From assembly GCA_023659865.1 (NCBI GenBank), contig JAGXON010000004.1:1597-65596 (forward strand): a DNA stretch of 64,000 nucleotides, written 5' to 3'. The stretch is from Candidatus Diapherotrites archaeon LH_S9 (GTDB taxonomy: Archaea; B1Sed10-29; WALL01; JAGXON01). The position numbers were made by a program, and so were the translations under genes. Numbering within the stretch: position 1 is the first letter of the stretch; each line of letters starts with the position of its first letter. Below are positions 9,224 to 18,882 of this stretch, piece by piece. A model generated the notes under the pieces. It saw nothing but the letters and a program-made list of their open reading frames with translations, was not told the origin of the DNA and did not search any database.

Positions 9224-10459
9224 TTGGCAGAACTTGTGCTCCTTCTGGGAGCAGCAACCATTGGGCTCGTTGTAGGAGTCGTTATAGTCTTAGTAAAGTA
9301 CTATAAGCCTTTTTCGTTTCCTGTACCAAAAAAAGGAAAGAAAGAAGGCTGGAAACAACTTAAGAGACTATGTAAAGAACGTGCGAAGGTTAAATCAAAG
9401 CGAGACGCACTTAAAGATAGTTATAAAGCTAAAAAAGTGGATGAGTCTACTTATGTTTCAAGGGACTCCAAGTACGAGCACAAACTAGATGCTCTTGATG
9501 CAGAGATAAATAAGTTAGTCAAAGAGCTATCGGAAGAATTCTTACCGGAAAGACTTAGCGAGGAAGCAAAAAAGTTCAAGGAAATGACCGACCTCGTAAA
9601 CCTGAGAAGAAAAGCCCAGGAACTAAGCAAGGAAAAAAATAAACTCGAGAACAAATTAGACTCTCTCTCAGTTGAACTCGATGAAACGGAAAGCATGGAA
9701 GAAGAAGCCACTGAAAGAGCAAAGAAACTCGAAAAACAACTTGAAAAAGAGAGAAAGAAGAAAAAAGAACTAGAGAGCAACATAGAAGATTTAAAGAACA
9801 CCATTGAGGGGTTCAAAGAAGAAAAAGAACAAGGAGGCAAGAAAAGAAAAGCCAAGAGACTGGAGAACCTCAGAAAAGAAAACAAAATCCTCAGGGAAAG
9901 AATAGACAGAGTAAAGAAGAGACAAGATAATACATCGAAACAACTTAAAGTTCTGGAAGTGCTCATGGACAGATACGACCAAGAACTGGCCGACAAGGAA
10001 TCAAAAACAGCCTCTGAACTGAAATCATTAATTAAGCCAAAATCAGAGACAGTTAAGGATCTTGTAAAAGCTCACGACAGCCCAAGAAAATCATTCGAGT
10101 TCGTTAGAGATGAAGTAGAGGAAATAAATCCAAACATAGAAATCTGGTTATCGCCAGACGATATAGACACAATAAGAGCAGCCGACCACGAAGACCGAGC
10201 CATACTACTTTGCTCGATGCTGAAAGCGATGGGAGAAGATGCAAAAGTAATAGTAATCGAACTGATGAACGGCATGGAAAGAGCACTAGTGCTGTTCACT
10301 AAAGATTCCTGGGACTACCTGCTCGACCTCGAAGAAATAAGAGAGTTCAGCGACTACAAAGGCAAGAAAGAAGAACTTTTAAAGGAATACTCGTATAAGA
10401 AAAGCCCAGTAAAAGAAGTTCTTTACGAATTCAACGACAAAAAATACGAGGCATCATAA
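9224..10459 (+). CDS. Membrane-anchored coiled-coil protein with a degenerate transglutaminase-like C-terminal domain
   Basis: N-terminal TM helix, long K/E heptads, RAADHEDRAILLCSMLKAMG. Confidence 0.7.
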   Translation: MAELVLLLGAATIGLVVGVVIVLVKYYKPFSFPVPKKGKKEGWKQLKRLCKERAKVKSKRDALKDSYKAKKVDESTYVSRDSKYEHKLDALDAEINKLVKELSEEFLPERLSEEAKKFKEMTDLVNLRRKAQELSKEKNKLENKLDSLSVELDETESMEEEATERAKKLEKQLEKERKKKKELESNIEDLKNTIEGFKEEKEQGGKKRKAKRLENLRKENKILRERIDRVKKRQDNTSKQLKVLEVLMDRYDQELADKESKTASELKSLIKPKSETVKDLVKAHDSPRKSFEFVRDEVEEINPNIEIWLSPDDIDTIRAADHEDRAILLCSMLKAMGEDAKVIVIELMNGMERALVLFTKDSWDYLLDLEEIREFSDYKGKKEELLKEYSYKKSPVKEVLYEFNDKKYEAS

Positions 10460-10460
10460 C

Positions 10461-10643
10461 ATGTCAGTCAAGATAGATCACGAGAAATGCATGCACTGCG
10501 GCGGATGCGTATCAGTATGCCCAGTACTTGCAATGGAGCTAAAAGAAGGAAAAATCGAACACCTCCCAGAAAAATGCATCGACTGCGGAGCCTGCATAAA
10601 AGTCTGTCCAGTCGGCGCAATAAAAAAGGAGGAAGAAAAATGA
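10461..10643 (+). CDS. 2[4Fe-4S] ferredoxin
   Basis: Two CxxCxxCxxxCP motifs. Confidence 0.95.
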   Translation: MSVKIDHEKCMHCGGCVSVCPVLAMELKEGKIEHLPEKCIDCGACIKVCPVGAIKKEEEK

Positions 10644-11845
10644 ATTACGACAAAAAATGGGACGTAATAGTTGTTGGAGCCGGACCAGGGGGTTCAAAAA
10701 CAGCAGAAGAATTTGCAAAAAGAGGAGCAAAAACACTCGTAGTGGAGAAAAAACAACAGATAGGACCCCCAAAAAGATGCGGAGAAGGCCTATCACAAAG
10801 ATGGATGGAGATAGCGAACCTTGATCCTGACCCTACCTGGACGCTTCAGAAAATAACTGGAACAGTACTTGTAGCACCTAACGGAGAAGAGGCATGGATT
10901 GACACCGAAGACAAAGACCAAGCAGGATACATAATCGAAAGAAGCAAATTCGAAAAAGACCTCGCCTCTGATGCGATAAGAGCTGGCTCTAAGTTTATGC
11001 TTAAAGCAAGAGCAGCTGACTTAGTAAAAGAAAACGGGAAGATTGCCGGAGTCAAAGTAGTGAGAGAAGGAAAACCAATAACTCTTAAATCAGATATCGT
11101 GGTTGGAGCAGACGGAGTAGACTCAATGATAGCAAGAAAAGCAGGACTTAACTCCACCCTACCTCTATCAGAATGTGATTCAGGCTACCAATACGAGATG
11201 ACAGGCGTGGACTTGAAAGACCCGCACAAAATGGAACTTTACTTCGGTTCAGAAGCAGCAAACAGAGGCTACGTCTGGATATTCCCAAAAGGAAGCGACA
11301 TAGCCAATGTTGGAGTAGGAATAACAGGAGAAGACGAAAAAACAGCTAAACACTACCTCGACAGATGGATGAAACACAACCAAGAAAGATTCAAAAACGC
11401 GTCAATAACCGAAATAAACTCAGGAGTAGTTCCCGTAACCAGTCCAATAGATCAAATGGTATCACACGGTCTCATGCTTGTTGGAGACTCTGCAAGAATG
11501 GTTAACCCAATGCACGGAGGGGGAATAGGACCAGCACTCGAAGCAGGGATCATGGCAGCAGAAATAGGAGTTCCGGCACTAGAAAAAGGTGCTGAAAAAC
11601 AATTCCTCCAGCCATACCAAGAAAAATGGGAAGAAAAAAGAGGAAAAAACTTCAAAAAAATCCTTAAAGTACGACACTTTTTCGAAAAACTTTCAGACAA
11701 ACACCTGAACCTGATAGCAGAAAATGCAGACCCAGACGTACTCCTCAACCTAGGGCACAGGAAAAGCCTTTCAAAAATAGCAAAAACGCTACTTAAATCC
11801 AGTCCACAATCAATAGGGTTCGTTAAAGACTACATAACAAAATGA
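10640..11845 (+). CDS. Digeranylgeranylglycerophospholipid (geranylgeranyl) reductase
   Basis: GAGPGG, PKRCGEG, GADG, GYVWIFPK, GDSARMVNPMHGGGI; ATG at 10640 overlaps the ferredoxin stop. Confidence 0.9.
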   Translation: MNYDKKWDVIVVGAGPGGSKTAEEFAKRGAKTLVVEKKQQIGPPKRCGEGLSQRWMEIANLDPDPTWTLQKITGTVLVAPNGEEAWIDTEDKDQAGYIIERSKFEKDLASDAIRAGSKFMLKARAADLVKENGKIAGVKVVREGKPITLKSDIVVGADGVDSMIARKAGLNSTLPLSECDSGYQYEMTGVDLKDPHKMELYFGSEAANRGYVWIFPKGSDIANVGVGITGEDEKTAKHYLDRWMKHNQERFKNASITEINSGVVPVTSPIDQMVSHGLMLVGDSARMVNPMHGGGIGPALEAGIMAAEIGVPALEKGAEKQFLQPYQEKWEEKRGKNFKKILKVRHFFEKLSDKHLNLIAENADPDVLLNLGHRKSLSKIAKTLLKSSPQSIGFVKDYITK

Positions 11846-12702
11846 AAATAAAAACTCCTCTAGTGACGATAGGCCTCACTCTCTTCTCAATAGTTCTTTA
11901 CCTTGCTCTATCAAAAGGAGCACCCTACGTACACCCAATAACAGAAATGACGAAATTCGGCCTATACAAAGGAAACGTTCTAGGCCTAGCGGCCTATTCC
12001 TTCACTCATATTGGTATAAGACACTTAATCAGCAACATGGTCGTGTTCTTTTCTATGGGGTCGCTCCTGGAACAACACATAGAAGGAAAACACGTACTAG
12101 GGATATTTGTTTCCTCCGGCGTCCTCTCAGGATTTATCTACTCTATGATATATCCTTCGGTATGGGTGGTAGGAGCAAGTGCATCAATAGCAGGGATAAT
12201 AGCAGCAGCGGTAATAGCGGACTTCAAAAAAGCTGTTCCCGTGCTCATAATCTCTGTTCTATCGATATCATTCATATTTTTTCCGTTAACAAACCACTCT
12301 CTTTCTTTTCTCCAGCAAGAGAAGAAAGAAGCAAGCCTTAAATCAATGGAAGAGGTAACTAAACTTAATACATCAGTTCAATCAATCCAAGAGCAAGTAG
12401 AAGTACTGGGGAAAAAGATAGAGGCAGGAAATGCAACCGAAGAAGAAATAATCCAGTACCAGACCCTTCAAACAAAAATGCAGAGCATTTCAACTGAAAT
12501 GCAGCAAGAAGCAGCTCAAGCAGAGCAAAAACAAAAAGAAAAAAAAGCAATATCTGAAGGAATGGAAACAGAATCGATGGCTCCTGTATCAAACCTCATA
12601 CACATCTTTGGAGTACTGACAGCAGTACTTTACTTAGCTATATTGGATAAGGAACTATTCTACAAATTTAAGAGGGATATAGTTGGAATTTTCAAATCTT
12701 GA
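11842..12702 (+). CDS. Rhomboid family intramembrane serine protease with coiled-coil insertion
   Basis: FTHIGIRHLISNM, VGASA (catalytic Ser), IHIFG (catalytic His). Confidence 0.85.
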   Translation: MKIKTPLVTIGLTLFSIVLYLALSKGAPYVHPITEMTKFGLYKGNVLGLAAYSFTHIGIRHLISNMVVFFSMGSLLEQHIEGKHVLGIFVSSGVLSGFIYSMIYPSVWVVGASASIAGIIAAAVIADFKKAVPVLIISVLSISFIFFPLTNHSLSFLQQEKKEASLKSMEEVTKLNTSVQSIQEQVEVLGKKIEAGNATEEEIIQYQTLQTKMQSISTEMQQEAAQAEQKQKEKKAISEGMETESMAPVSNLIHIFGVLTAVLYLAILDKELFYKFKRDIVGIFKS

Positions 12703-13687
12703 AACCCATGAAATCGTTGAAGAACTCCAGAAAGTTCTGGATGAAAGAGTCAAAAAAGTCCAGCTAGTCTCTGAAAAAGAATACAAGCTAAGACTCGAGA
12801 AAAACAACATTGTAATAGCTCCTCCAGAAGCTCTTTACCTCACTAAAAGACCATACCCTGCAAAAAGACCTGACAACTTCTCCATGTATGCCAGGAAAAG
12901 ACTTAGCGGAAAAAGAGTCAAAAAGATAACTCAAAACAATTTTGACAGAGTCATAACAATCCATTTTGAAGACGGCTACAAGCTCATTGCAGAACTATTC
13001 GGAGAAGGCAACCTCATCCTACTCGACAAAGCCAATCTAACTCGAAAGGCCCTTGAATACCAAGAATGGCGGGATAGAAAAATAAAAAAGAAAGAAGAAT
13101 ACCGCTACCCGCAACCCAGAGGCAAAGATCCCTTCAAGATGAACGAAGAGGGATTTGTTGAACAAACAAAAAACGAAAGAGCGCTCAAAGCACTAAAGAA
13201 ACTTCTTAACATGGGAGAAAAGTACTTGAAAGAAATATGCCAAGCCACAGAAATTCAAGAACAGGAAAAACTCAACGAAGAAAAGTCAAAAAAACTATTT
13301 AAGGAACTTAAAGAACTTCTCAAAAAGCAAAGGAAACCAGGAATACAAACCGAACCAGTCATATTTCCATTAAAATCAGTTGAAGAAGAATTCGAAGAAA
13401 AAGAATCCTTTAACGCGGCTGTAGATGACTACAGGGCAAAAGAAAAAAAGTCCAGAAAAAAGCAAACAAAAGAAAAAAAGCTATCAAAACTGCAGCACAG
13501 GCTAAAACAACAAAAGAACGCCAGAAAAAAATTCAAGGAACAAATAAAACAATACAAAGAGAAAGGCAACTGGATCTACAATCACTTGAATGAACTAAAG
13601 CAAGTGTTCATGCAAGAGGATTTCAATAAAAAAATAGACGGCCTCAAGATTAAAAGGAAAGGAAAAAAGCTAGTGCTCGAGGAATAA
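12683..13687 (+). CDS. rqcH: NFACT/Rqc2 family protein, N-terminal portion only
   Basis: FSMYARKRL, QNNFDRVI, LIAELFGEGNLILLD, WRDRKI, ESFNAAVDDY; ends in the coiled coil. Confidence 0.8.
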   Translation: MEFSNLETHEIVEELQKVLDERVKKVQLVSEKEYKLRLEKNNIVIAPPEALYLTKRPYPAKRPDNFSMYARKRLSGKRVKKITQNNFDRVITIHFEDGYKLIAELFGEGNLILLDKANLTRKALEYQEWRDRKIKKKEEYRYPQPRGKDPFKMNEEGFVEQTKNERALKALKKLLNMGEKYLKEICQATEIQEQEKLNEEKSKKLFKELKELLKKQRKPGIQTEPVIFPLKSVEEEFEEKESFNAAVDDYRAKEKKSRKKQTKEKKLSKLQHRLKQQKNARKKFKEQIKQYKEKGNWIYNHLNELKQVFMQEDFNKKIDGLKIKRKGKKLVLEE

Positions 13688-13948
13688 TTACTGAAGAGTG
13701 CTTTCCTCAACCACTACTACATCACTAACAGCAGAAACTGCTTTAAACGGTACTGAAACAGTATCGCTACCTTTAGCTATCCCTCTCGCGAAAGAGCTTT
13801 CTTTGTTCAACTCTATGACAAAGGTCTCCAAATCCCCATTCATTTCATCTATTTCTATGTCACTAAGCCTTCCGATCGTTTCTCCTTTGTCGGTAATTAC
13901 TTTCTTACCGCCTAACTGTTTTGCTATAGCAAATTTGCGGGTTACCAT
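13688..13948 (-). CDS. PRC-barrel domain protein
   Basis: GKKVITDKGETIGRLSDIEID...VPFKAVSAVSDVVVV. Confidence 0.88.
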   Translation of the reverse strand: MVTRKFAIAKQLGGKKVITDKGETIGRLSDIEIDEMNGDLETFVIELNKESSFARGIAKGSDTVSVPFKAVSAVSDVVVVEESTLQ

Positions 13949-14021
13949 ATGTATCACTAACTCCAAACACTATTAGAAAGGATTCATTTAAAAAGTTTTC
14001 CATCAAAAAAACAATACAAAG

Positions 14022-14390
14022 ATGAAGATAAGAATAAACATCAACGGAATAGAGCTAGAAGGAGAGCTCAACGGAGACAACCCTGACGCCTCAGACAACA
14101 TATACTCAGTACTACCCTTGAACTCTAAGATAAGGACATGGGGAGACGAAATATACTTCCCCATACCTACAGATCTCTTTTTAGTCAACACAACAACCAA
14201 TGTAAAAGTAGGGGACATAGCATACTGGGAAGGCGGAACCGCACTATGCATATTCTTCGGACCGACTCCAAAAAGCACAGGAGACCAACCCATTCCAGTT
14301 TCCCCCGTAGGAATCCTCGGGGGAGTACGGAAACCAGAAAAGCTGAAAGGAGTTAAAGAAGGGCAAAACATTCACGTGGAGGCAATATAA
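14022..14390 (+). CDS. Cyclophilin-like fold protein (DUF369/TM1367-like)
   Basis: WGDEIYF, GDIAYW, LCIFFGPTP. Confidence 0.85.
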   Translation: MKIRININGIELEGELNGDNPDASDNIYSVLPLNSKIRTWGDEIYFPIPTDLFLVNTTTNVKVGDIAYWEGGTALCIFFGPTPKSTGDQPIPVSPVGILGGVRKPEKLKGVKEGQNIHVEAI

Positions 14391-15334
14391 TGGGTGAACA
14401 CCAAGAAAAGCTGGAGACAAAAGGATACAAACTACTGGGGGATCACGGAGCTGTCAGCCTTTGTCACTGGACCAAAAAAAGCATAACAGAAAACAGGACC
14501 TGCTACAAGCAAAAATTTTACGGTATAAACTCACACAGATGCCTCCAGATGACTCCATCTATATTCTGCCAGCAAAAATGCGTTTTCTGCTGGAGGCCGC
14601 AAACCCTTTCAAAAACCATTCCAGAAGATATCGACTGGCTTGAACCAAAAGAACTAATAGAAAAAGCACTCAAAGCTCAGAAAAAGCTCTTGGAAGGTTA
14701 CTACGGCATGCTGGATGATTTGAACGAGCAGAAGCTTGATCAAGCCCAGGAACCTAATCAAGTAGCGATATCACTGACAGGAGAACCAACAATATACCCC
14801 TACATGTCGGAACTGATAAAAGAATTCAAGAAAAAAGATTTCACAACTTTCCTGGTGACCAATGGGCTTAAACCAGATTTACTGGAGAACATGGAGTTAC
14901 CTACACAGCTTTATGTTTCCCTAGAAGCATTTTCAGAGGAACTACACAAAAGAATAAACATCCCGTTTGAAGAAAATTCCTGGCAAAAGATACAGAGAAC
15001 GCTCGAACTGCTTTCAGAACTCGACACTCGAACCGTGATCCGAACTACTTTGCTCAAGGACTGGAACATGGAAGAACCAGAAAAATTCGTTCCCTTGTTC
15101 GAGAAAGCTAGTCCTAACTTCATAGAATTAAAGGCCTACATGTTTATTGGCTCGTCCAGGCAAAGACTATCAATCGGTAACATGCCAAGGCACTACGAAG
15201 TCAAAGAATTCGCGGAAGAAATAGTTCCAGAACTCTCTGAATACGAGATAGAGGATGAGGACTCGCAATCAAGAGTGGTTCTACTTAGAAAAGAGGGAGC
15301 CGAAAGAAAGATTCAAACGCCTTCAGGTTCATAG
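14390..15334 (+). CDS. taw1: 4-demethylwyosine synthase (Taw1/TYW1 radical SAM)
   Basis: CHWTK, CYKQKFYGINSHRC, CQQKCVFCWR, SLTGEPT. Confidence 0.95.
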   Translation: MGEHQEKLETKGYKLLGDHGAVSLCHWTKKSITENRTCYKQKFYGINSHRCLQMTPSIFCQQKCVFCWRPQTLSKTIPEDIDWLEPKELIEKALKAQKKLLEGYYGMLDDLNEQKLDQAQEPNQVAISLTGEPTIYPYMSELIKEFKKKDFTTFLVTNGLKPDLLENMELPTQLYVSLEAFSEELHKRINIPFEENSWQKIQRTLELLSELDTRTVIRTTLLKDWNMEEPEKFVPLFEKASPNFIELKAYMFIGSSRQRLSIGNMPRHYEVKEFAEEIVPELSEYEIEDEDSQSRVVLLRKEGAERKIQTPSGS

Positions 15335-15658
15335 CCTTTCAGAGCATCTAGGGCAATATCCTGCACGTGCCTGCTTTTGTCATCCGAAAGTTTTTGAAGG
15401 CCTTCAGCCTCATCCTTTATACCCTCATCGTTAAGCAAGTAACTAAGTGATTTAGTGGGTTTGACATGACTGCCGGGAAGTCTTCTTCCGACAACTGGGG
15501 GTAGTTCACTCCTTACTTCACGATGATTGTCTTCAGTTAGTCAAAAAGATGATCTAAACCGCTTTCTTTTCTTGTTTTCAGCTCCTTAGCAGCTTTTTTC
15601 CTTATTTTTCAACGACTGCTTCCGACTGTTTCTTAAGCTGGAAGGGTATCTCACTCAT
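15313..15658 (-). pseudogene. Probable HEAT-repeat gene remnant
   Basis: Manual translation across frameshifts and stops: KIRKKAAKEL...LTEDNHREVRSEL...LQKLSDDKSRHVQDIALDAL. Confidence 0.45.
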
Positions 15659-15747
15659 GTTTTCACACAATTTTTAACGGCTTTTTTTCACACACCTCGA
15701 AAAAACTTAAGAACACAAACCATAAAAAGTAGTCAAGGTGACAAAAA

Positions 15748-16854
15748 ATGAAATACGATAAATTTGGACCACAAAAAGTAGTTCACGTTTACAACCCAAA
15801 AACAAACGTAAAAGGATTTGTAGTCATAGACAACACAGCACTCGGCCCAGGGAAAGGCGGGATAAGAATGACGCCGAGCGTAACTCCAGACGAAGTCTTT
15901 AGATTAGCAAGAACAATGACATGGAAATGCGCTCTAGCAGAACTTCCTTTTGGAGGAGCAAAATCAGGAATAGTTGCAAACGACCGAGAACTTACCTTGG
16001 ACCGGAAAGAAAAAATAGTCAGAGAATTCTCAAAAGAACTTAAGAACATCGTTCCAGAAGAATACGTGGCAGCACCCGACATGAACATGGCAGGGCAAGA
16101 AATGAAATGGTTTGCAGAAGAAAACGGAAACATGAAAGCCTGCACAGGAAAACCAAAAGAAATGGGGGGCATACCACACGAACTAGGGAGCACGGGTCTA
16201 GGAGTATTCCACTCAGGAAAAATAGCACTGGAACACATGAACAGAGACATGAATGACGTGACTGTAGCCATAGAAGGATTCGGAAACGTCGGTCACTTCA
16301 CCGCAAAATTCTTTGAAGAAGCAGGAGCAAACGTTGTTGCAGCCTCGGACTCTAGCGGAGTAATCTACAACCCAGAAGGTCTTGAATACAACAAACTCAA
16401 GTCAACAAAAGACAATCAAGGCGCAGTAACCAAGCACCCGAGCGGAAAAGTGCTCGATAACCCGAAAATCTTCGAACTAGACGTCGACCTCCTGATTCCA
16501 GCAGCAATACCGAACGTGATAACCAGCAAAAACGTTGACAACGTTAAAGCCGACTTGATAGTTGAAGGGGCTAACCTGCCGATCCCCCCAGGAATTGAGA
16601 AAAAACTGCACGAAAAAAACGTGCTTGTAGTACCTGACTTCGTGGCTAACGCCGGCGGAGTAATCTCTTCTTACGTCGAGTACAAGGGCGGAGACGCAGA
16701 CGAAATGTTTGAAATGGTTCCAAGAAAAATCGAGAAGAACACACAACTAGTGCTCGAAAGATCTGAACGAACCGGCAACTACCCGAGAAAAGAAGCTCTT
16801 GAGATAGCTCAGGAAAGAGTACTAGAAAAATGCGATTTCTGCGGAGAAGACTAA
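15748..16854 (+). CDS. gdhA: Glu/Leu/Phe/Val dehydrogenase (glutamate dehydrogenase-like)
   Basis: GPGKGGIR, MTWK, FGGAKSG, APD, TGKP, GFGNVG, EGAN, PDFVANAGGV. Confidence 0.9.
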   Translation: MKYDKFGPQKVVHVYNPKTNVKGFVVIDNTALGPGKGGIRMTPSVTPDEVFRLARTMTWKCALAELPFGGAKSGIVANDRELTLDRKEKIVREFSKELKNIVPEEYVAAPDMNMAGQEMKWFAEENGNMKACTGKPKEMGGIPHELGSTGLGVFHSGKIALEHMNRDMNDVTVAIEGFGNVGHFTAKFFEEAGANVVAASDSSGVIYNPEGLEYNKLKSTKDNQGAVTKHPSGKVLDNPKIFELDVDLLIPAAIPNVITSKNVDNVKADLIVEGANLPIPPGIEKKLHEKNVLVVPDFVANAGGVISSYVEYKGGDADEMFEMVPRKIEKNTQLVLERSERTGNYPRKEALEIAQERVLEKCDFCGED

Positions 16855-17454
16855 CTAAATTTCTATTTCTTCTCCGGGCTTCAGAACAGTGTCGAACGGC
16901 AGTTCACTGTAATCGTATCTGCGGATCTGATCCAACGAATTGAAGTGCATTGGAATAACATGAGCGCCAATGTCTTCAGCAGCTTTTTCAGCGTCACCTA
17001 AACCCATTGTGTACTTCCCACCGATCGGAAGCAAGGCATAATCAACTTCTAGCTCTTTCATAAAAGGCAGTCGATCCGTGTCACCCGCATGATACACTTT
17101 TTTTCCCTCGGATTCGATCACGTAACCTACTCCTTTGCCCTGTGGATGGAAAGACTTGTTGATATTGTGTGCAGGAACCGTTCTAATTTTGACTGTTCCA
17201 AAACTCTTTTCGTCATTCTGCTTCATTCCAACTGCATCAAACTCTTTTGCATCACACTCAGGAGCAAGAACAACAGTATCTTCTGTCTTTATCTTGTTTA
17301 TCTTTTCTTTGTCCGCGTGATCGTGATGCCCGTGAGTCAAAAGCACTAAATCCGCTTTCTCACTGTAGTCACCGTCCCAGAAAGGATCTATGTAAACGGT
17401 CTTCCTGTTCGTCTTTACTCGAAAGCTCGCGTGACCAATCCACTTGATCTTCAT
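16855..17454 (-). CDS. MBL-fold metallo-hydrolase (UPF0173/UlaG-like)
   Basis: GHASF, THGHHDH, YHAGDT, LPIGG, PMH. Confidence 0.88.
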   Translation of the reverse strand: MKIKWIGHASFRVKTNRKTVYIDPFWDGDYSEKADLVLLTHGHHDHADKEKINKIKTEDTVVLAPECDAKEFDAVGMKQNDEKSFGTVKIRTVPAHNINKSFHPQGKGVGYVIESEGKKVYHAGDTDRLPFMKELEVDYALLPIGGKYTMGLGDAEKAAEDIGAHVIPMHFNSLDQIRRYDYSELPFDTVLKPGEEIEI

Positions 17455-18807
17455 TCAATCACCACCGTAAAGTTGATCGTAAAGTTCTTTCATGGAAGTG
17501 TCCGTAAAACAATAGTTGCAGTCACTGCTCTCAGGGCACTCACCAAAAAGCCGTCCCTGAGGTTCAGCGTATTTACCGAGAGCTGGTTCCTCTTCTTTGA
17601 TGCTCAAAGCCATTTCCATAGCTTTTTTCCTGATCTCCCACTGTGCTTCAAAGCAAGTTCTTTTTGCGATAGCGTGAGCAGCATTCCAGCCATTAACGTG
17701 AATCAAGTCATAAACCTGTAAAGCATGAGGGATAACTCCGATTGCCTCGCTTTCTTCGACACCGTCCGCCACAAGACCTTGATAAAGCCCAAGCAAGCTA
17801 TTGCATACATCTAAATACTTTTTGACTTCTCCTGCTTGTTTAACTGTTGGTGGGACGATCCAGTTCCCCCGCTCGACAGCACTGTAAATCGGTTCCACTG
17901 ACTGGTTCCAGGTCCTTTGTCTTGTGGCCTGATGGAAAGCGGATAAGGACATGGGTGAAAGGAAAGTGAAGTGAACGTGCTTCAGATTGGCTAATTCTTC
18001 TTCTTTTCTCTCTTCCAGTGCTTTTTTTATTCCTTCTTCATCGATCTGGAAGGCGCTTTTATCGATCAAAACGGTTTTTTTGCTTCCTTCTTGTTTTATC
18101 AGGTCCGTTAAAGTTTTGTTTTTCCTCGCGAAAAGCTGTGAAGAAGGGAACCAGGAAAGAGTCTCGTAATTGTCGTAGTACTCGGTTTCTCTTCTCTTAA
18201 GCACTTTCGGATTAATTTTCTTCCCTTCTTCAATCATTTGATTTATCGTGTTTTCAGTTTCTAACGGAACGTTTTGCTCCATACTCATGGAATGCAGGTG
18301 CATCAGCTCCCGGGCGTTCCCCCAGCTCTGTATGCTCGTCTTCGTGTAAAGCGGGATTGCGTTTCTAGCGTCTTCTTCAGGCACACCAGAATCAATTAAT
18401 TCATTGTAGGTTTCGAAGGATCTGTCGATAACTTTTTTTGCATTCACTGAAGAGTTTTTCAGAGCGTCAGGCAAGTGATAGTCAAGTGCTTTAACTCGTC
18501 TCAGTGACTGCTGCAAGTGCATTAAGTACTCTGGAGCACAAAGCAAAAGCGTGGTCGCCCTAGTAGTTTTTTTTATCGAGTAACAAAAAGCGTTCTGATC
18601 TAAGACGGCTCCGTGTCCTCTTCCAGCGCTCTCCTGGATTACTTTTTCTTTTTTTTCTTCCACGTTAGAGTCTTTGTCTTCCTCGAACATTTCAAGTGAA
18701 GTGCTTGGACTGAAGCATCCTAAGGCACCGTAAACAGAGAGATCGGTTGAAGTCATTCCAGTTAAGTCTTTTCCATTGAGGGTTGCAATCAAGTTCACTT
18801 TAGACAT
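17455..18807 (-). CDS. thyX: FAD-dependent thymidylate synthase ThyX-like protein, tandem two-domain form
   Basis: GHGAVLD, QQSLR, GVPEEDARNAIP, NARELMH; second domain HQATRQR, KRTCFEAQWEIR; probable ATG at 18807. Confidence 0.8.
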   Translation of the reverse strand: MSKVNLIATLNGKDLTGMTSTDLSVYGALGCFSPSTSLEMFEEDKDSNVEEKKEKVIQESAGRGHGAVLDQNAFCYSIKKTTRATTLLLCAPEYLMHLQQSLRRVKALDYHLPDALKNSSVNAKKVIDRSFETYNELIDSGVPEEDARNAIPLYTKTSIQSWGNARELMHLHSMSMEQNVPLETENTINQMIEEGKKINPKVLKRRETEYYDNYETLSWFPSSQLFARKNKTLTDLIKQEGSKKTVLIDKSAFQIDEEGIKKALEERKEEELANLKHVHFTFLSPMSLSAFHQATRQRTWNQSVEPIYSAVERGNWIVPPTVKQAGEVKKYLDVCNSLLGLYQGLVADGVEESEAIGVIPHALQVYDLIHVNGWNAAHAIAKRTCFEAQWEIRKKAMEMALSIKEEEPALGKYAEPQGRLFGECPESSDCNYCFTDTSMKELYDQLYGGD

Positions 18808-18882
18808 ACAACTTTTTTCTTTCCCGAAATTTTTAACTCTTCTGTCGGCCACTTTTTTAAGATAGAATGATAAAACAAAAAT

